In this document: positions 37,587-47,375 of the stretch, piece by piece
Position numbering within the stretch: position 1 is the first letter of the stretch
Layout: every line of letters begins with the position of its first letter
Assembly (NCBI GenBank): GCA_963837675.1
Contig: CAWIOH010000023.1
Span: 62,559-126,558, forward strand
From: an uncultured beta proteobacterium
Lineage (GTDB): Bacteria; Pseudomonadota; Gammaproteobacteria; Burkholderiales; Burkholderiaceae_C
Length of the DNA: 64,000 nt
Direction: 5' to 3'
Notes under the pieces: model-generated
Databases searched by the model: none
Seen by the model: only the letters and a program-made list of their open reading frames with translations
Told to the model about the DNA's origin: nothing
Made by a program: the position numbers and the translations under genes

Positions 37587-38954
37587 ATGGTCAAGCGAGA
37601 AAAGATGAACTTCAGCGAGCTGGAAAAATGGCTCGACCTGCACCGCGTGACGGAGATCGAATGCCTTGTGCCCGATCTGACGGGCGTGGCGCGCGGCAAG
37701 ATCCTGCCGCGCGAGAAGTTCACCGAAGACCGCGGCATGCGCCTGCCCGAGGCGGTGGTGGCGATGGGCGTGACCGGCGAATTCCCGGAAGAGGGGCCGT
37801 ATTACGACGTCATCAGCCCGACCGACCGCGACATGCACCTGCAGGCCGACCCGACCACGGTGCGCATCGTGCCCTGGGCCACCGACCCGACGGCGCAGGT
37901 CATCCATGACTGCTACGACAAGGACGGCGCGCTGGTGACGTTTGCGCCGCGCTCGGTGCTGCGCCGCGTCTGCGGCCTGTTCGACGCCGAGGGCTGGGAG
38001 CCGGTGGTGGCGCCGGAGCTCGAGTTCTACCTGGTGGCGCGCAACACCGACCCGGACATTCCACTCAAACCGCCGATCGGCCGCAGCGGACGCGCCGAAA
38101 CGTCGCGCCAGGCCTATTCGATCGACGCCGTCAACGAGTTCGACCCGCTGTTCGAGGACGTTTACAGCTACTGCGAAAAGATGGAGCTGAACGTCGACAC
38201 GCTGATCCATGAGATCGGCGCCGGGCAGATGGAGATCAACTTCTTCCATGCCCATCCGCTGGGGCTGGCCGACGAAGTCTTCCTGTTCAAGCGCACGGTG
38301 CGCGAGGTCGCGCTGCGCCACGACATGTACGCCACCTTCATGGCCAAGCCGATTGCCGGCGAGCCGGGCAGCTCGATGCACGTGCACCAGAGCGTGGTCA
38401 ACAAGGCCACGGGCCTGAATCTGTTCAGCCGGCCCGACGGCACGCCGAGCCCCGAGTTCTTCTGGTACATCGGCGGGCTGCAGCGCTACATCCCGGCGGC
38501 GATGGCGCTGTTCGCGCCCTATGTCAACAGCTACCGGCGCATGGCGCGCTTCACCTCGGCGCCGATCAACATCCAATGGGGCACCGACAACCGCACCGTG
38601 GGCATCCGCTCGCCCGTGGCCAACGCGCAGGCACGGCGCATCGAGAACCGCGTCGTCGGCGCCGATGCCAACTCCTATGTTGCACTGGCGGCCACCCTCG
38701 CCTGCGGCTACCTGGGCATCAAGAACAGGATCCAGCCCTCGTCCGAATGCAAGGGCGATGCCTACCTCGGTGAGCATGTGCTGCCACGCAGCCTGAGCGA
38801 GGCGCTGAACCTGCTGCGCGGCGACAAGGATCTGGCGCAGGTGCTGGGCGAGGACTTCGTCACCGTCTATGCCGAAGTCAAGGACATCGAATACGCCGAG
38901 TTCATGAAGGTCATCTCCCCATGGGAGCGCGACCACCTGCTGCTGCACGTGTAG
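37587..38954 (+). CDS. puuA: Glutamate-putrescine ligase (GS-like, PuuA/SpuB)
   Basis: PDLTGVARGK, APELEFYL, HEIGAGQMEIN and GSSMHVHQS motifs. Confidence 0.85.
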   Translation: MVKREKMNFSELEKWLDLHRVTEIECLVPDLTGVARGKILPREKFTEDRGMRLPEAVVAMGVTGEFPEEGPYYDVISPTDRDMHLQADPTTVRIVPWATDPTAQVIHDCYDKDGALVTFAPRSVLRRVCGLFDAEGWEPVVAPELEFYLVARNTDPDIPLKPPIGRSGRAETSRQAYSIDAVNEFDPLFEDVYSYCEKMELNVDTLIHEIGAGQMEINFFHAHPLGLADEVFLFKRTVREVALRHDMYATFMAKPIAGEPGSSMHVHQSVVNKATGLNLFSRPDGTPSPEFFWYIGGLQRYIPAAMALFAPYVNSYRRMARFTSAPINIQWGTDNRTVGIRSPVANAQARRIENRVVGADANSYVALAATLACGYLGIKNRIQPSSECKGDAYLGEHVLPRSLSEALNLLRGDKDLAQVLGEDFVTVYAEVKDIEYAEFMKVISPWERDHLLLHV

Positions 38955-39000
38955 CCGCCCCCACCGAGTCTGCAGACCTAGCCCAACGACCTAGCCCATC

Positions 39001-40407
39001 ATGAACACCGACACCCCGACTTCCACCTCGCGCAGCACCGCGCAATGGCAGGCCGCCGACGCCGCGCACTTCCTGCACCCCTTCACCGACTTCAAGTCGC
39101 TGGCGCGCAAGGGCTCGCGCATCATCGCCAAGGCCCAGGGCATCTACCTGTGGGACAGCGAGGGCCGGCGACTGCTCGATGCGATGTCCGGGCTGTGGTG
39201 CGTCAATGTCGGCTACGGTCAGCAATCACTGATCGACGCGGCGACGAAGCAGATGGGCGAACTGCCCTTCTACAACGCCTTCTTCCAGACCGCGACGCCG
39301 CCAGCCATCGAGCTCGCCGAAGCGCTGGCCGACCTCAGCCCGCCGCAGTTCCGGCATGTCTTCTTCTGCGGCTCCGGTTCCGAGGGCAACGACACCGTCG
39401 TGCGCATGGTGCGCCGCTACTGGGACATCCTCGGCCAGGGCCAGCGCCAGGTGATCATCAGCCGGCGCAATGCGTATCACGGCTCGACCATGGCCGGCGC
39501 TTCGCTCGGCGGCATGGACGGTATGCATGCCCAGGGCGGACTGCCGATCCCCGGCATCGTTCACATCGAACAGCCTTACTGGTGGGAGCATGGCCGACCC
39601 CAGGGCCTGAGCCGTGATGACTTCGGCCGCGTCGCCGCGGGCTGGCTGGAGGACAAGATCCTCGAAGTCGGTGCCGACAAGGTGGCGGCCTTCATTGGTG
39701 AACCGGTGCAGGGCGCGGGCGGCGTGATCGTGCCGCCGGAAAGCTACTGGCCCGAGATCCAGCGCATCTGCGACAAACACGGCATCTTGCTGGTCAGTGA
39801 TGAGGTCATCACCGGCTTCGGCCGCACGGGCCATTGGTTCGGCTGCGAGCGCTTCGGCTTCAAGCCCGATCTGATGACCTTCGCCAAGGGCGTGAGCAGT
39901 GGCTATATCCCGCTGGGCGGCGTGCTGGTCGGCGAGCGCATCGCCGAAGTGCTGATCGGCCAGGGCGGAGAGTTCAACCACGGCTACACCTACTCGGGCC
40001 ACCCGGTGGCCTGCGCGGTGGCCCTGGCCAATATACGGCTGATCCGGCAGTTGCGTCTGGTCGAGCACGTGCGCAACGACGTCGGCCCTTATCTGGCCGA
40101 GCAGTTCCAGACGCTGGCCGAGCACCCGTTGATCGGCGAAACCCAGACCTGTGGCCTGATGGGCGCGATGCTGCTGGTCAAGGACCAGGCCGGCGGCGCT
40201 CGCTTCCCGGCATCGGCGGACATCGGCATGGTCTGCCGCGGGCACTGTTTTGACAACGGGCTGGTGATGCGTGCCGTCGGCGATCGCATGATCATTGCGC
40301 CGCCGCTGGTCATCACGCGCACGCAGATCGACGAGATGATGACGCTCATCCGCCGCTGCCTGGACCTGAGCCTGGCCGATGCCCGTCGGAACGGCTGGCT
40401 GGGCTGA
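39001..40407 (+). CDS. spuC: Putrescine:pyruvate aminotransferase (SpuC-like)
   Basis: HFLHPFTD, GLWCVNVGYG, SGSEGND and DEVITGFGR motifs; cluster context. Confidence 0.85.
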   Translation: MNTDTPTSTSRSTAQWQAADAAHFLHPFTDFKSLARKGSRIIAKAQGIYLWDSEGRRLLDAMSGLWCVNVGYGQQSLIDAATKQMGELPFYNAFFQTATPPAIELAEALADLSPPQFRHVFFCGSGSEGNDTVVRMVRRYWDILGQGQRQVIISRRNAYHGSTMAGASLGGMDGMHAQGGLPIPGIVHIEQPYWWEHGRPQGLSRDDFGRVAAGWLEDKILEVGADKVAAFIGEPVQGAGGVIVPPESYWPEIQRICDKHGILLVSDEVITGFGRTGHWFGCERFGFKPDLMTFAKGVSSGYIPLGGVLVGERIAEVLIGQGGEFNHGYTYSGHPVACAVALANIRLIRQLRLVEHVRNDVGPYLAEQFQTLAEHPLIGETQTCGLMGAMLLVKDQAGGARFPASADIGMVCRGHCFDNGLVMRAVGDRMIIAPPLVITRTQIDEMMTLIRRCLDLSLADARRNGWLG

Positions 40408-40489
40408 GCGCTTCCCCTCATGCCGCGCGAACGGCGGCCCCCCTACACTTGCTGCCAACGTCGTTCCACCCCCACCCGGAGCCTGCTTC

Positions 40490-41605
40490 ATGAGCCTACG
40501 TATCCTGCGCCCCGCGTCTGCGTTCCTGGTTGGCGTGATGGCGCTGGCCTCCCCCGGGTTGCAGGCGCAGGAGGAAGAAAAGGTCCTGAACGTCTACAAC
40601 TGGTCGGACTACATCTCGGAAGACACGATCAAGAACTTCGAGCAGGAAACCGGCATCAAGGTGCGCTACGACAATTTCGACAACAACGAGATCGTGCATG
40701 CCAAGCTGGTGGCCGGCAAGACCGGCTACGACATCGTCGTGCCTTCGTCCAACTGGGCCAAGCTGCAGATCGACGGCGGGCTGCTGCGCAAGATCGACAA
40801 GGCGCAGCTGTCGAATTACAAGAATCTCGATCCGGCCCTGCAGGCGCAGCTGGCCCAGCTCGACCCGGGCAACCAGTACATGGTCAACTGGCTGTGGGGC
40901 TACACCACGGTGGGCATCAACGTGGACAAGGTCAAGGCCGCGATCGCGCCGCTGCCGATGCCCGACAACGCCTGGGACCTGATCTTCAAGCCTGAATACG
41001 TCAGCAAGCTCAAGAGCTGCGGCGTGTCCTTCCTCGATTCGGCCACCGAGGTCGTGCCGGCGGCGCTGCACTACCTGGGCAAGCCGCCATTCAGCAAGAA
41101 CCCGTCCGACTACACGGCGGCGGCCAATGTGCTGAAGGCGGTGCGTCCCTACATCACGGTTTTCAGCTCCTCGGGCTACATCAACGATCTGGCCAACGGC
41201 TCGATCTGCGTGGCGCTCGGCTGGTCGGGCGACATCAACATCGCGCGACAGCGCGCCATCGACGGCAAGACCGGCAACAACATCGAAGCCTTGATTCCGA
41301 AGAACGGCGGCCTGCTGTTCTTCGACACGATGGTCATCCCGGCCGATGCCTCGCACCCCGGCAACGCGCACAAATTCATCAACTACATCCTGCGCCCCGA
41401 GGTGCATGCGTCGCTGACGAACAAGGTGTTCTATGCCAACCCCAACATCGAATCGAAGAAATTCATCAAGCCGGAGGTGGCCGGCAACCCGACGGTGTTC
41501 CTGTCGCCTGCCGACTTGAAGAACATGGTGCCGCCGGAATCGCTGAACAACGATTTGCGCCGCCTGATGACACGCACCTTCACCTCCTTCAAGACGGGCC
41601 TGTAG
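40490..41605 (+). CDS. potF: Polyamine ABC transporter substrate-binding protein
   Basis: Signal peptide, LNVYNWSDYI, GYDIVVPS and GWSGD motifs. Confidence 0.9.
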   Translation: MSLRILRPASAFLVGVMALASPGLQAQEEEKVLNVYNWSDYISEDTIKNFEQETGIKVRYDNFDNNEIVHAKLVAGKTGYDIVVPSSNWAKLQIDGGLLRKIDKAQLSNYKNLDPALQAQLAQLDPGNQYMVNWLWGYTTVGINVDKVKAAIAPLPMPDNAWDLIFKPEYVSKLKSCGVSFLDSATEVVPAALHYLGKPPFSKNPSDYTAAANVLKAVRPYITVFSSSGYINDLANGSICVALGWSGDINIARQRAIDGKTGNNIEALIPKNGGLLFFDTMVIPADASHPGNAHKFINYILRPEVHASLTNKVFYANPNIESKKFIKPEVAGNPTVFLSPADLKNMVPPESLNNDLRRLMTRTFTSFKTGL

Positions 41606-41632
41606 CAGAAGCACGAACCCTGGAGCTTGTCG

Positions 41633-42745
41633 ATGGTGGTGGGTGACAACAACCAGGCTGGAGATGCCGCGTTCCTGCGCATCGAGCACCTGACCAAGGA
41701 TTTCGACGGCTACAAGGCCGTCAACGCTGTCAGCCTGGATATCGCCAAGGGCGAGATCTTCGCCTTGCTCGGCTCGTCCGGCTGCGGCAAGAGCACCTTG
41801 CTGCGCATGCTGGCGGGGCTGGAGGTGCCCTCGTCGGGGCGCATCGTGCTGGCCGGCCGCGACCTGGCGACGTTGCCTCCGTATGAACGACCGATGAACA
41901 TGATGTTCCAGAGCTACGCGCTGTTCCCGCACCTGAGCGTGTGGGAGAACATCGCCTTCGGCCTGAAACGCGGACCGATGCCGCGCGAGCAGGTTGCGCA
42001 GCGCGTCGAGGCCATGCTCAAGCTGGTGCAACTGGAAAAATTCGCCAAGCGCAAGCCGCATCAACTGTCCGGCGGGCAGCAGCAGCGTGTGGCGCTGGCG
42101 CGCAGCCTGGCCAAGCAACCGCAGCTGCTGCTGCTGGACGAGCCGCTGGGCGCGCTGGACAAGAAATTGCGCGAGGAAACGCAGATCGAGCTGGTGAACA
42201 TCATCGAGCAAGTGGGCGTGACCTGCGTGATGGTCACGCACGATCAGGAAGAGGCGATGACGATGGCCTCGCGCATCGCCATCATGAGCGAAGGCCGCTT
42301 CCTGCAGGTGGGTGTGCCATCGGAGATCTACGAAGCGCCGGCCACGCGCTTCGTTGCCGATTTCATCGGCAACGTCAACCTGATGGACGGCACGGTCGTG
42401 GTCGATGAGGCCGACCACGTGGTCATCGACAGTGCCGACTGCAGGCACTTCGTCGCGCACGGCATCTCCGGCAATGAGGGCATGCACGTCAGCGTGGCGC
42501 TGCGGCCGGAAAAGATCCATCTGTCGCGCCGACAGCCCGAGGATCCATTCAACCACGCGATGGGCACGATCAAGGAGATGTCGTACTTCGGCAGCTTCAC
42601 CGTCTATCACCTCGAGCTGGCCAGTGGCGCGCGGCTGAAGGTCAGCCAGGCCAACGTGCAGCGGCATCGCGACGATCAATTCACCTGGGGCGACAAGGTC
42701 TGGGCGCATTGGTCGCGGCTGGCGCAGGTGGTGCTGACGTCGTGA
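41633..42745 (+). CDS. potG: Polyamine ABC transporter ATPase
   Basis: GSSGCGKST, LSGGQQQR and LLDEPLGALD motifs. Confidence 0.92.
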   Translation: MVVGDNNQAGDAAFLRIEHLTKDFDGYKAVNAVSLDIAKGEIFALLGSSGCGKSTLLRMLAGLEVPSSGRIVLAGRDLATLPPYERPMNMMFQSYALFPHLSVWENIAFGLKRGPMPREQVAQRVEAMLKLVQLEKFAKRKPHQLSGGQQQRVALARSLAKQPQLLLLDEPLGALDKKLREETQIELVNIIEQVGVTCVMVTHDQEEAMTMASRIAIMSEGRFLQVGVPSEIYEAPATRFVADFIGNVNLMDGTVVVDEADHVVIDSADCRHFVAHGISGNEGMHVSVALRPEKIHLSRRQPEDPFNHAMGTIKEMSYFGSFTVYHLELASGARLKVSQANVQRHRDDQFTWGDKVWAHWSRLAQVVLTS

Positions 42746-43671
42746 ACCTCGACGCACTGCGCTCGAGCTGGCTGCGCGGGCGTGCGCTGGTCATCGCCGC
42801 GCCTTATGTGTGGCTGTTGGCTTTCTTCCTGCTGCCTTTCCTGATCGTCTTCAGGATCAGCGTCTCCGAGATGGAGACGGTGCAGTTCAAGGACCTGATC
42901 ACATTCAACGACGGCCTGCTGCAGCTGACGCTGAAGCTGTCGAACTATGCCTTCATCGCGCAGGATGCGCTGTACCTCAGCACCTACCTGGCCAGCCTGA
43001 AGTACGCCGCAGCGACCACCGTGCTGTGCCTTGCCGTCGGCTACCCCTTCGCCTACTTCATGGCCCGCGCCAGGTCCACGCTGCAGCCGACGCTGCTGAT
43101 GCTGGTGATGCTGCCCTTCTGGACCTCGTTCCTGCTGCGCGTCTATGCCTGGAAGGGCCTGCTCAGCGAAAACGGCCTGATCGCCGATCTGATCATCGGC
43201 AGCGGCGTCGACCAGTTGCTGGCCGCCGCCGGCCTCATCGCCGCGCCGGGGCGGCTGATGCACACGCCGTTTTCGCTGGTGCTGGGCATGACCTACACCT
43301 ACCTGCCGTTCATGATCCTGCCGCTGTACGGCAACCTGGCGAAGATGGACCTGCGCCTGCTCGAGGCCGCGGCCGATCTCGGCGCCAATGCCTGGACGGC
43401 GTTCTGGAAGGTCACCGTGCCGCTGTCCAAAGCCGGCATCATCGCCGGCTCGATGCTGGTGTTCATTCCCTGCATCGGCGAGTTCGTCATCCCCGAGCTG
43501 CTGGGCGGGCCCGAGACGCTGATGATCGGCCGCGTCATGTGGGACGAATTCTTCTCCAACAACGATTGGCCGATGGCCTCCAGCGTGGCGGTGGTGATGG
43601 TGTTGTTGATCATCGTGCCGCTGGCCATCTTCAACAAGTACCAGGCCGAAGCGCAGGAGGCGCGCAAGTGA
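42742..43671 (+). CDS. potH: Polyamine ABC transporter permease
   Basis: LPFWTSFLLRVYAW and EAAADLGA (EAA loop). Confidence 0.9.
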   Translation: MNLDALRSSWLRGRALVIAAPYVWLLAFFLLPFLIVFRISVSEMETVQFKDLITFNDGLLQLTLKLSNYAFIAQDALYLSTYLASLKYAAATTVLCLAVGYPFAYFMARARSTLQPTLLMLVMLPFWTSFLLRVYAWKGLLSENGLIADLIIGSGVDQLLAAAGLIAAPGRLMHTPFSLVLGMTYTYLPFMILPLYGNLAKMDLRLLEAAADLGANAWTAFWKVTVPLSKAGIIAGSMLVFIPCIGEFVIPELLGGPETLMIGRVMWDEFFSNNDWPMASSVAVVMVLLIIVPLAIFNKYQAEAQEARK

Positions 43672-44510
43672 AGCCGGCCAACACCTTCAACCGCTGGTTC
43701 GCGCGCGGCTGGCTGTCGGTTGGCTATGTCTTCCTGTACCTGCCGATCGTGGCGCTGGTGGTCTATTCGTTCAACGACTCGCCGATCCCCAACGTCTGGC
43801 GCGGCTTCACCTTGAAGTGGTATGCGGCGCTGGCGCGAGACCATGAATTGCAGGCCGGCTTGTGGTTGAGCTTGAAGATCGCCTTCCTCACGGCCTGCAG
43901 TGCGGTGATGCTGGGCACGCTGGCGGCCTTTGCGCTGGTCAAGTACAAGCGCTTTTTCGGCCGCACGCTGTTCAGCGGCATGGTCAATGCGCCGCTGGTC
44001 ATGCCCGAGGTGGTGATCGGCCTGTCGCTGCTGCTGATGCTGGTGTCGGTGCAGCGCGCCATCGGCTTTCCCGAGCGCGGCTTGATGACCATCTGGCTCG
44101 GCCACCTGCTGGTCGGCATGGCCTATGCGGCGGTGATCGTGCAGTCGCGCCTGCTCGACCTGAACCCGTCGCTCGAAGAAGCCGCGATGGACCTCGGCGC
44201 CAGGCCGTCGCAGGTGTTCTGGCTGGTGACGCTGCCGATGATCTCGCAGTCGCTGATGTCGGCCTGGCTGCTGACCTTCACCTTGTCGCTCGACGATGTG
44301 GTGTTGTCGGCCTTCCTTTCCGGCCCCGGTGCGACGACGATGCCGCTGGTGATCTTTTCACGCGCACGATTGGGCTTGAACCCGAGCGTCAACGCCGTGG
44401 CCACGCTGATCGTGGCTATCGTCGCCATCGGCGTGCTCGTCGCCAGCTACTTGATCGCGCGCGCCGAGCGCCAGCGGCTGCTGGATTTGGCCGAAGCCTC
44501 CCGCGCCTGA
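43668..44510 (+). CDS. potI: Polyamine ABC transporter permease
   Basis: FLYLPI..YSFN, EEAAMDLGA and SLDD motifs. Confidence 0.9.
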   Translation: MKPANTFNRWFARGWLSVGYVFLYLPIVALVVYSFNDSPIPNVWRGFTLKWYAALARDHELQAGLWLSLKIAFLTACSAVMLGTLAAFALVKYKRFFGRTLFSGMVNAPLVMPEVVIGLSLLLMLVSVQRAIGFPERGLMTIWLGHLLVGMAYAAVIVQSRLLDLNPSLEEAAMDLGARPSQVFWLVTLPMISQSLMSAWLLTFTLSLDDVVLSAFLSGPGATTMPLVIFSRARLGLNPSVNAVATLIVAIVAIGVLVASYLIARAERQRLLDLAEASRA

Positions 44511-44554
44511 CATCGACCTTGCCGCCGTTTGCCCTTTCCACAAGGAGACACTCG

Positions 44555-45955
44555 ATGCCCTTCAACCGACCGAAGATCACGCTGCTGGCCCTCGCCCTGG
44601 TGGCGGCCTTTCCCGTGGCCGCGCAAAGCAACGCCGAGATGCTGCAGAAGTTCGAGGCCCTGCAAAAGCGCGTCGATCAACTGGAGGCGGAGCTGAAAGA
44701 CGCCAAGGCCAAGGCGGCCGCCATCCCCACGCCGCCGCCGGGGGCGCAATGGGGCATGACGCCGGAGCAGGCGGCCGAGTTGAACCGGCTGACGGTGAAG
44801 ACCGAAGCGCTGGAAGATTCGCGCGAGGCCAACGGCTTCATGGGCCTGAAGATCAGCGGCCAGATGCAGGCCGCCTACATCTACAACCAGGCGCAGGACC
44901 TGGCCGGCTTCCAGTTCCTGGATTCGGTCGCCAACTATGGCTACAACTACTGGAACTCCTACATCGGCATGGCCATCCTCGATTTCCAGAAGGAGATGCA
45001 GGACGGCACCAAATGGCGGCTGACGCTGGCGCCGCAGCGTGGCGTGGGCTCGGCCATCGACGGCTATTCCATCGTGCAGGAGGCCAGCGTCTCGGTGCCG
45101 CTGACGGACCTGCAGACGCGCTTCATCGCTGGCCAGATCCCCGACTGGTCGGGCTACGAATACCTGCAGCCGACGCTGAACAAGCTGATCACGCACAACC
45201 TGCTGTTCGACTTCACGCTGCCCACCGCCTACATCGGCGCCGGCATCGACTACACCAGCGGCAAATGGGTGACGAAGGCGGTACTGGCGCAGATGAACCA
45301 GAACGCCAACTACTCGGTCGCCAAGGGTTCGGTGCTGGCCTTCCGCGCCGATTACGCCCGCGGCGAGTACCAGGGCTTCGGCTTGGCGGGTGTCTATGGG
45401 CAGGCGCCGAATTTCGTCAATGGCTATGTCGGCGATGCCAGCAACCCGACCAACTCGAACCTCGGGCTGATCGAGGTCGATGGCTACTTCATCCGCGGCG
45501 ACTGGACGGTGCAGGGCCAGCTGAGCTATGGCTACCAGAAGGATGCGGCGATCACCCAGAACGCCAACGGCGCCTTCCAGACAGCGTCGTGGTACGGCCT
45601 GTCCACGCTGGCCGCCTACAAGTTCACGCCACGCTTCGAGGGCGTCGGCCGCTTCGACTACCTCTACAACGGCAACAATGGCGGTGGCTTGCTCGGCTAC
45701 GGCATGGATTACGGCAACGGCATCGGCCCCGACGGCAACCTGGGCTGCGACGGCACCTACACGTCGGATTGCAACAAGGGCGCCAGCCGTTACGCGCTGT
45801 CGCTCGGCGTGAACTACAACTTCAATGCCTACACGATTTTCAAGGCGGAAGCCCGCTACGACTGGTCGAACCTGAACGTCTTCCAGTACATGGATGACGG
45901 CAGGTTCCGCAAGAACAACACCGTGTTGGGCACCTCGGTGGTGGTGTCGTTCTGA
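44555..45955 (+). CDS. DUF3138-like outer-membrane beta-barrel protein
   Basis: AAGGAG RBS, signal peptide, N-terminal coiled coil, Gly/Tyr/Asn-rich beta strands and terminal Phe (VVVSF). Confidence 0.75.
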   Translation: MPFNRPKITLLALALVAAFPVAAQSNAEMLQKFEALQKRVDQLEAELKDAKAKAAAIPTPPPGAQWGMTPEQAAELNRLTVKTEALEDSREANGFMGLKISGQMQAAYIYNQAQDLAGFQFLDSVANYGYNYWNSYIGMAILDFQKEMQDGTKWRLTLAPQRGVGSAIDGYSIVQEASVSVPLTDLQTRFIAGQIPDWSGYEYLQPTLNKLITHNLLFDFTLPTAYIGAGIDYTSGKWVTKAVLAQMNQNANYSVAKGSVLAFRADYARGEYQGFGLAGVYGQAPNFVNGYVGDASNPTNSNLGLIEVDGYFIRGDWTVQGQLSYGYQKDAAITQNANGAFQTASWYGLSTLAAYKFTPRFEGVGRFDYLYNGNNGGGLLGYGMDYGNGIGPDGNLGCDGTYTSDCNKGASRYALSLGVNYNFNAYTIFKAEARYDWSNLNVFQYMDDGRFRKNNTVLGTSVVVSF

Positions 45956-46004
45956 TCGCTGCGACCGCGTAGCATGCTCCCTCGGGCTTCACGGGGGAGA
46001 GACG

Positions 46005-47369
46005 ATGAAAGACCTGATCGAAAGACTGCGCGCCGCCGGCGTGCACACGCTGCTGGCGCAGTTCGCCGATCTGAATGGCGTGGCCAAAGGCAAGCTGGTG
46101 CCGCTGGCGCATCTGGATCCGCTGCTCACCGAAGGCGTCGGCTTTGCCGGCCCGTCGATCGTCGGCACCGGATTGCCGCGGGTCGGGCCGCGCAGCGAGT
46201 ACTACGCCCGCGGCTACGCCAGCAGCGTCACGCCGCTGCCATGGATGCCCGGCGTGGCGCGCGTGGTCTGCGACGGCTTCGTGAACGGCCAGCCTTTCGA
46301 CGCCTGTCCGCGCCAGGTGCTGAAACGCGCCATCGCGCGCCTGGCCGAACGCGGTTGGCATATGCGCACAGGCATCGAACCCGAGTTCTTCCTGCTGCGC
46401 GTGCATGACGGCCGCCTCGCTGCCGCCGATGCGCAGGACCGCCTCGACAAACCGTCCTACGACCTGAAGACGCTGTCGCGCCAGGCGGACTTCCTGCACG
46501 CGCTGCAGGACGCGCTGACGCATGCCGGCATGGACGTGCTGCAGATCGACCACGAGGACGCGCAAGGCCAATACGAGGTGAATTTCGGCTTCGACGAGGC
46601 CCTGGCCAGCGCCGACCATCTGATGCTGTTCAAGCTGGCCGCACATGCGCTGGCCGAGGCGCGCGGCATGTTCTTGTCGATGATGCCCAAACCTTTTGCC
46701 GACCAGCCGGGCAGCGGCATGCATTTCCATGTGTCGCTGTGGTCGGGCTGGAACCCGAAGCGCCCGGACAACGCGCAATGTGTTTTCGTGCCGCACCGCA
46801 GCGATGGCAGTGCCGATCTGGACAAGCAGCTGTCGCCGCTGGGGCGGCATTTCGTCGCCGGCGTGCTGGCCCATTCGGCGGCGCTGAGCGCGCTGGCCGC
46901 ACCGACGGTCAACTCCTACAAGCGGCTGCGCGTCGGGCCCTCGCGCTCGGGCACGAGCTGGGCGCCGGCGCATGTGGCGCAAGGCCCGAACAACCGCACG
47001 GCCGCGCTGCGCACGCTGCACGGCCGCTTCGAGTGGCGCGTGCCGGACGCCAGCGCCAATCCCTACCTGGCGACGGCCGCCTTGATCGCCGCCGGCCTGG
47101 ACGGCATCGATCGCAAGCTCGAGCCGCCGCCCGATTGCAGCGATGACCTGTTCGAGTTGAGCGCAGCGCAGCGCCGGGAGCGCGACATCGCCGCGCTGCC
47201 GCGCAGCCTGGACGACGCGCTCGACGCGCTCGCCGCCGACGAACTCATCTGCAGCACCCTCGGCGAGACGCTGACGCGGCAGTTTCTGGCCATCAAGCGC
47301 GACGAAGTGCTGGCCTACGAGCAGCAAATCAGCGATTGGGAGCTGCAGCGCTATGCCACGGCATTCTGA
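46005..47369 (+). CDS. glnT: Type III glutamate-ammonia ligase-like protein (GlnT/GmaS family)
   Basis: AQFADLNGVAKGKLVP, GIEPEFFL, QIDHEDAQGQYEVNF and GSGMHFH motifs. Confidence 0.78.
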   Translation: MKDLIERLRAAGVHTLLAQFADLNGVAKGKLVPLAHLDPLLTEGVGFAGPSIVGTGLPRVGPRSEYYARGYASSVTPLPWMPGVARVVCDGFVNGQPFDACPRQVLKRAIARLAERGWHMRTGIEPEFFLLRVHDGRLAAADAQDRLDKPSYDLKTLSRQADFLHALQDALTHAGMDVLQIDHEDAQGQYEVNFGFDEALASADHLMLFKLAAHALAEARGMFLSMMPKPFADQPGSGMHFHVSLWSGWNPKRPDNAQCVFVPHRSDGSADLDKQLSPLGRHFVAGVLAHSAALSALAAPTVNSYKRLRVGPSRSGTSWAPAHVAQGPNNRTAALRTLHGRFEWRVPDASANPYLATAALIAAGLDGIDRKLEPPPDCSDDLFELSAAQRRERDIAALPRSLDDALDALAADELICSTLGETLTRQFLAIKRDEVLAYEQQISDWELQRYATAF

Positions 47370-47375
47370 TCGTCC

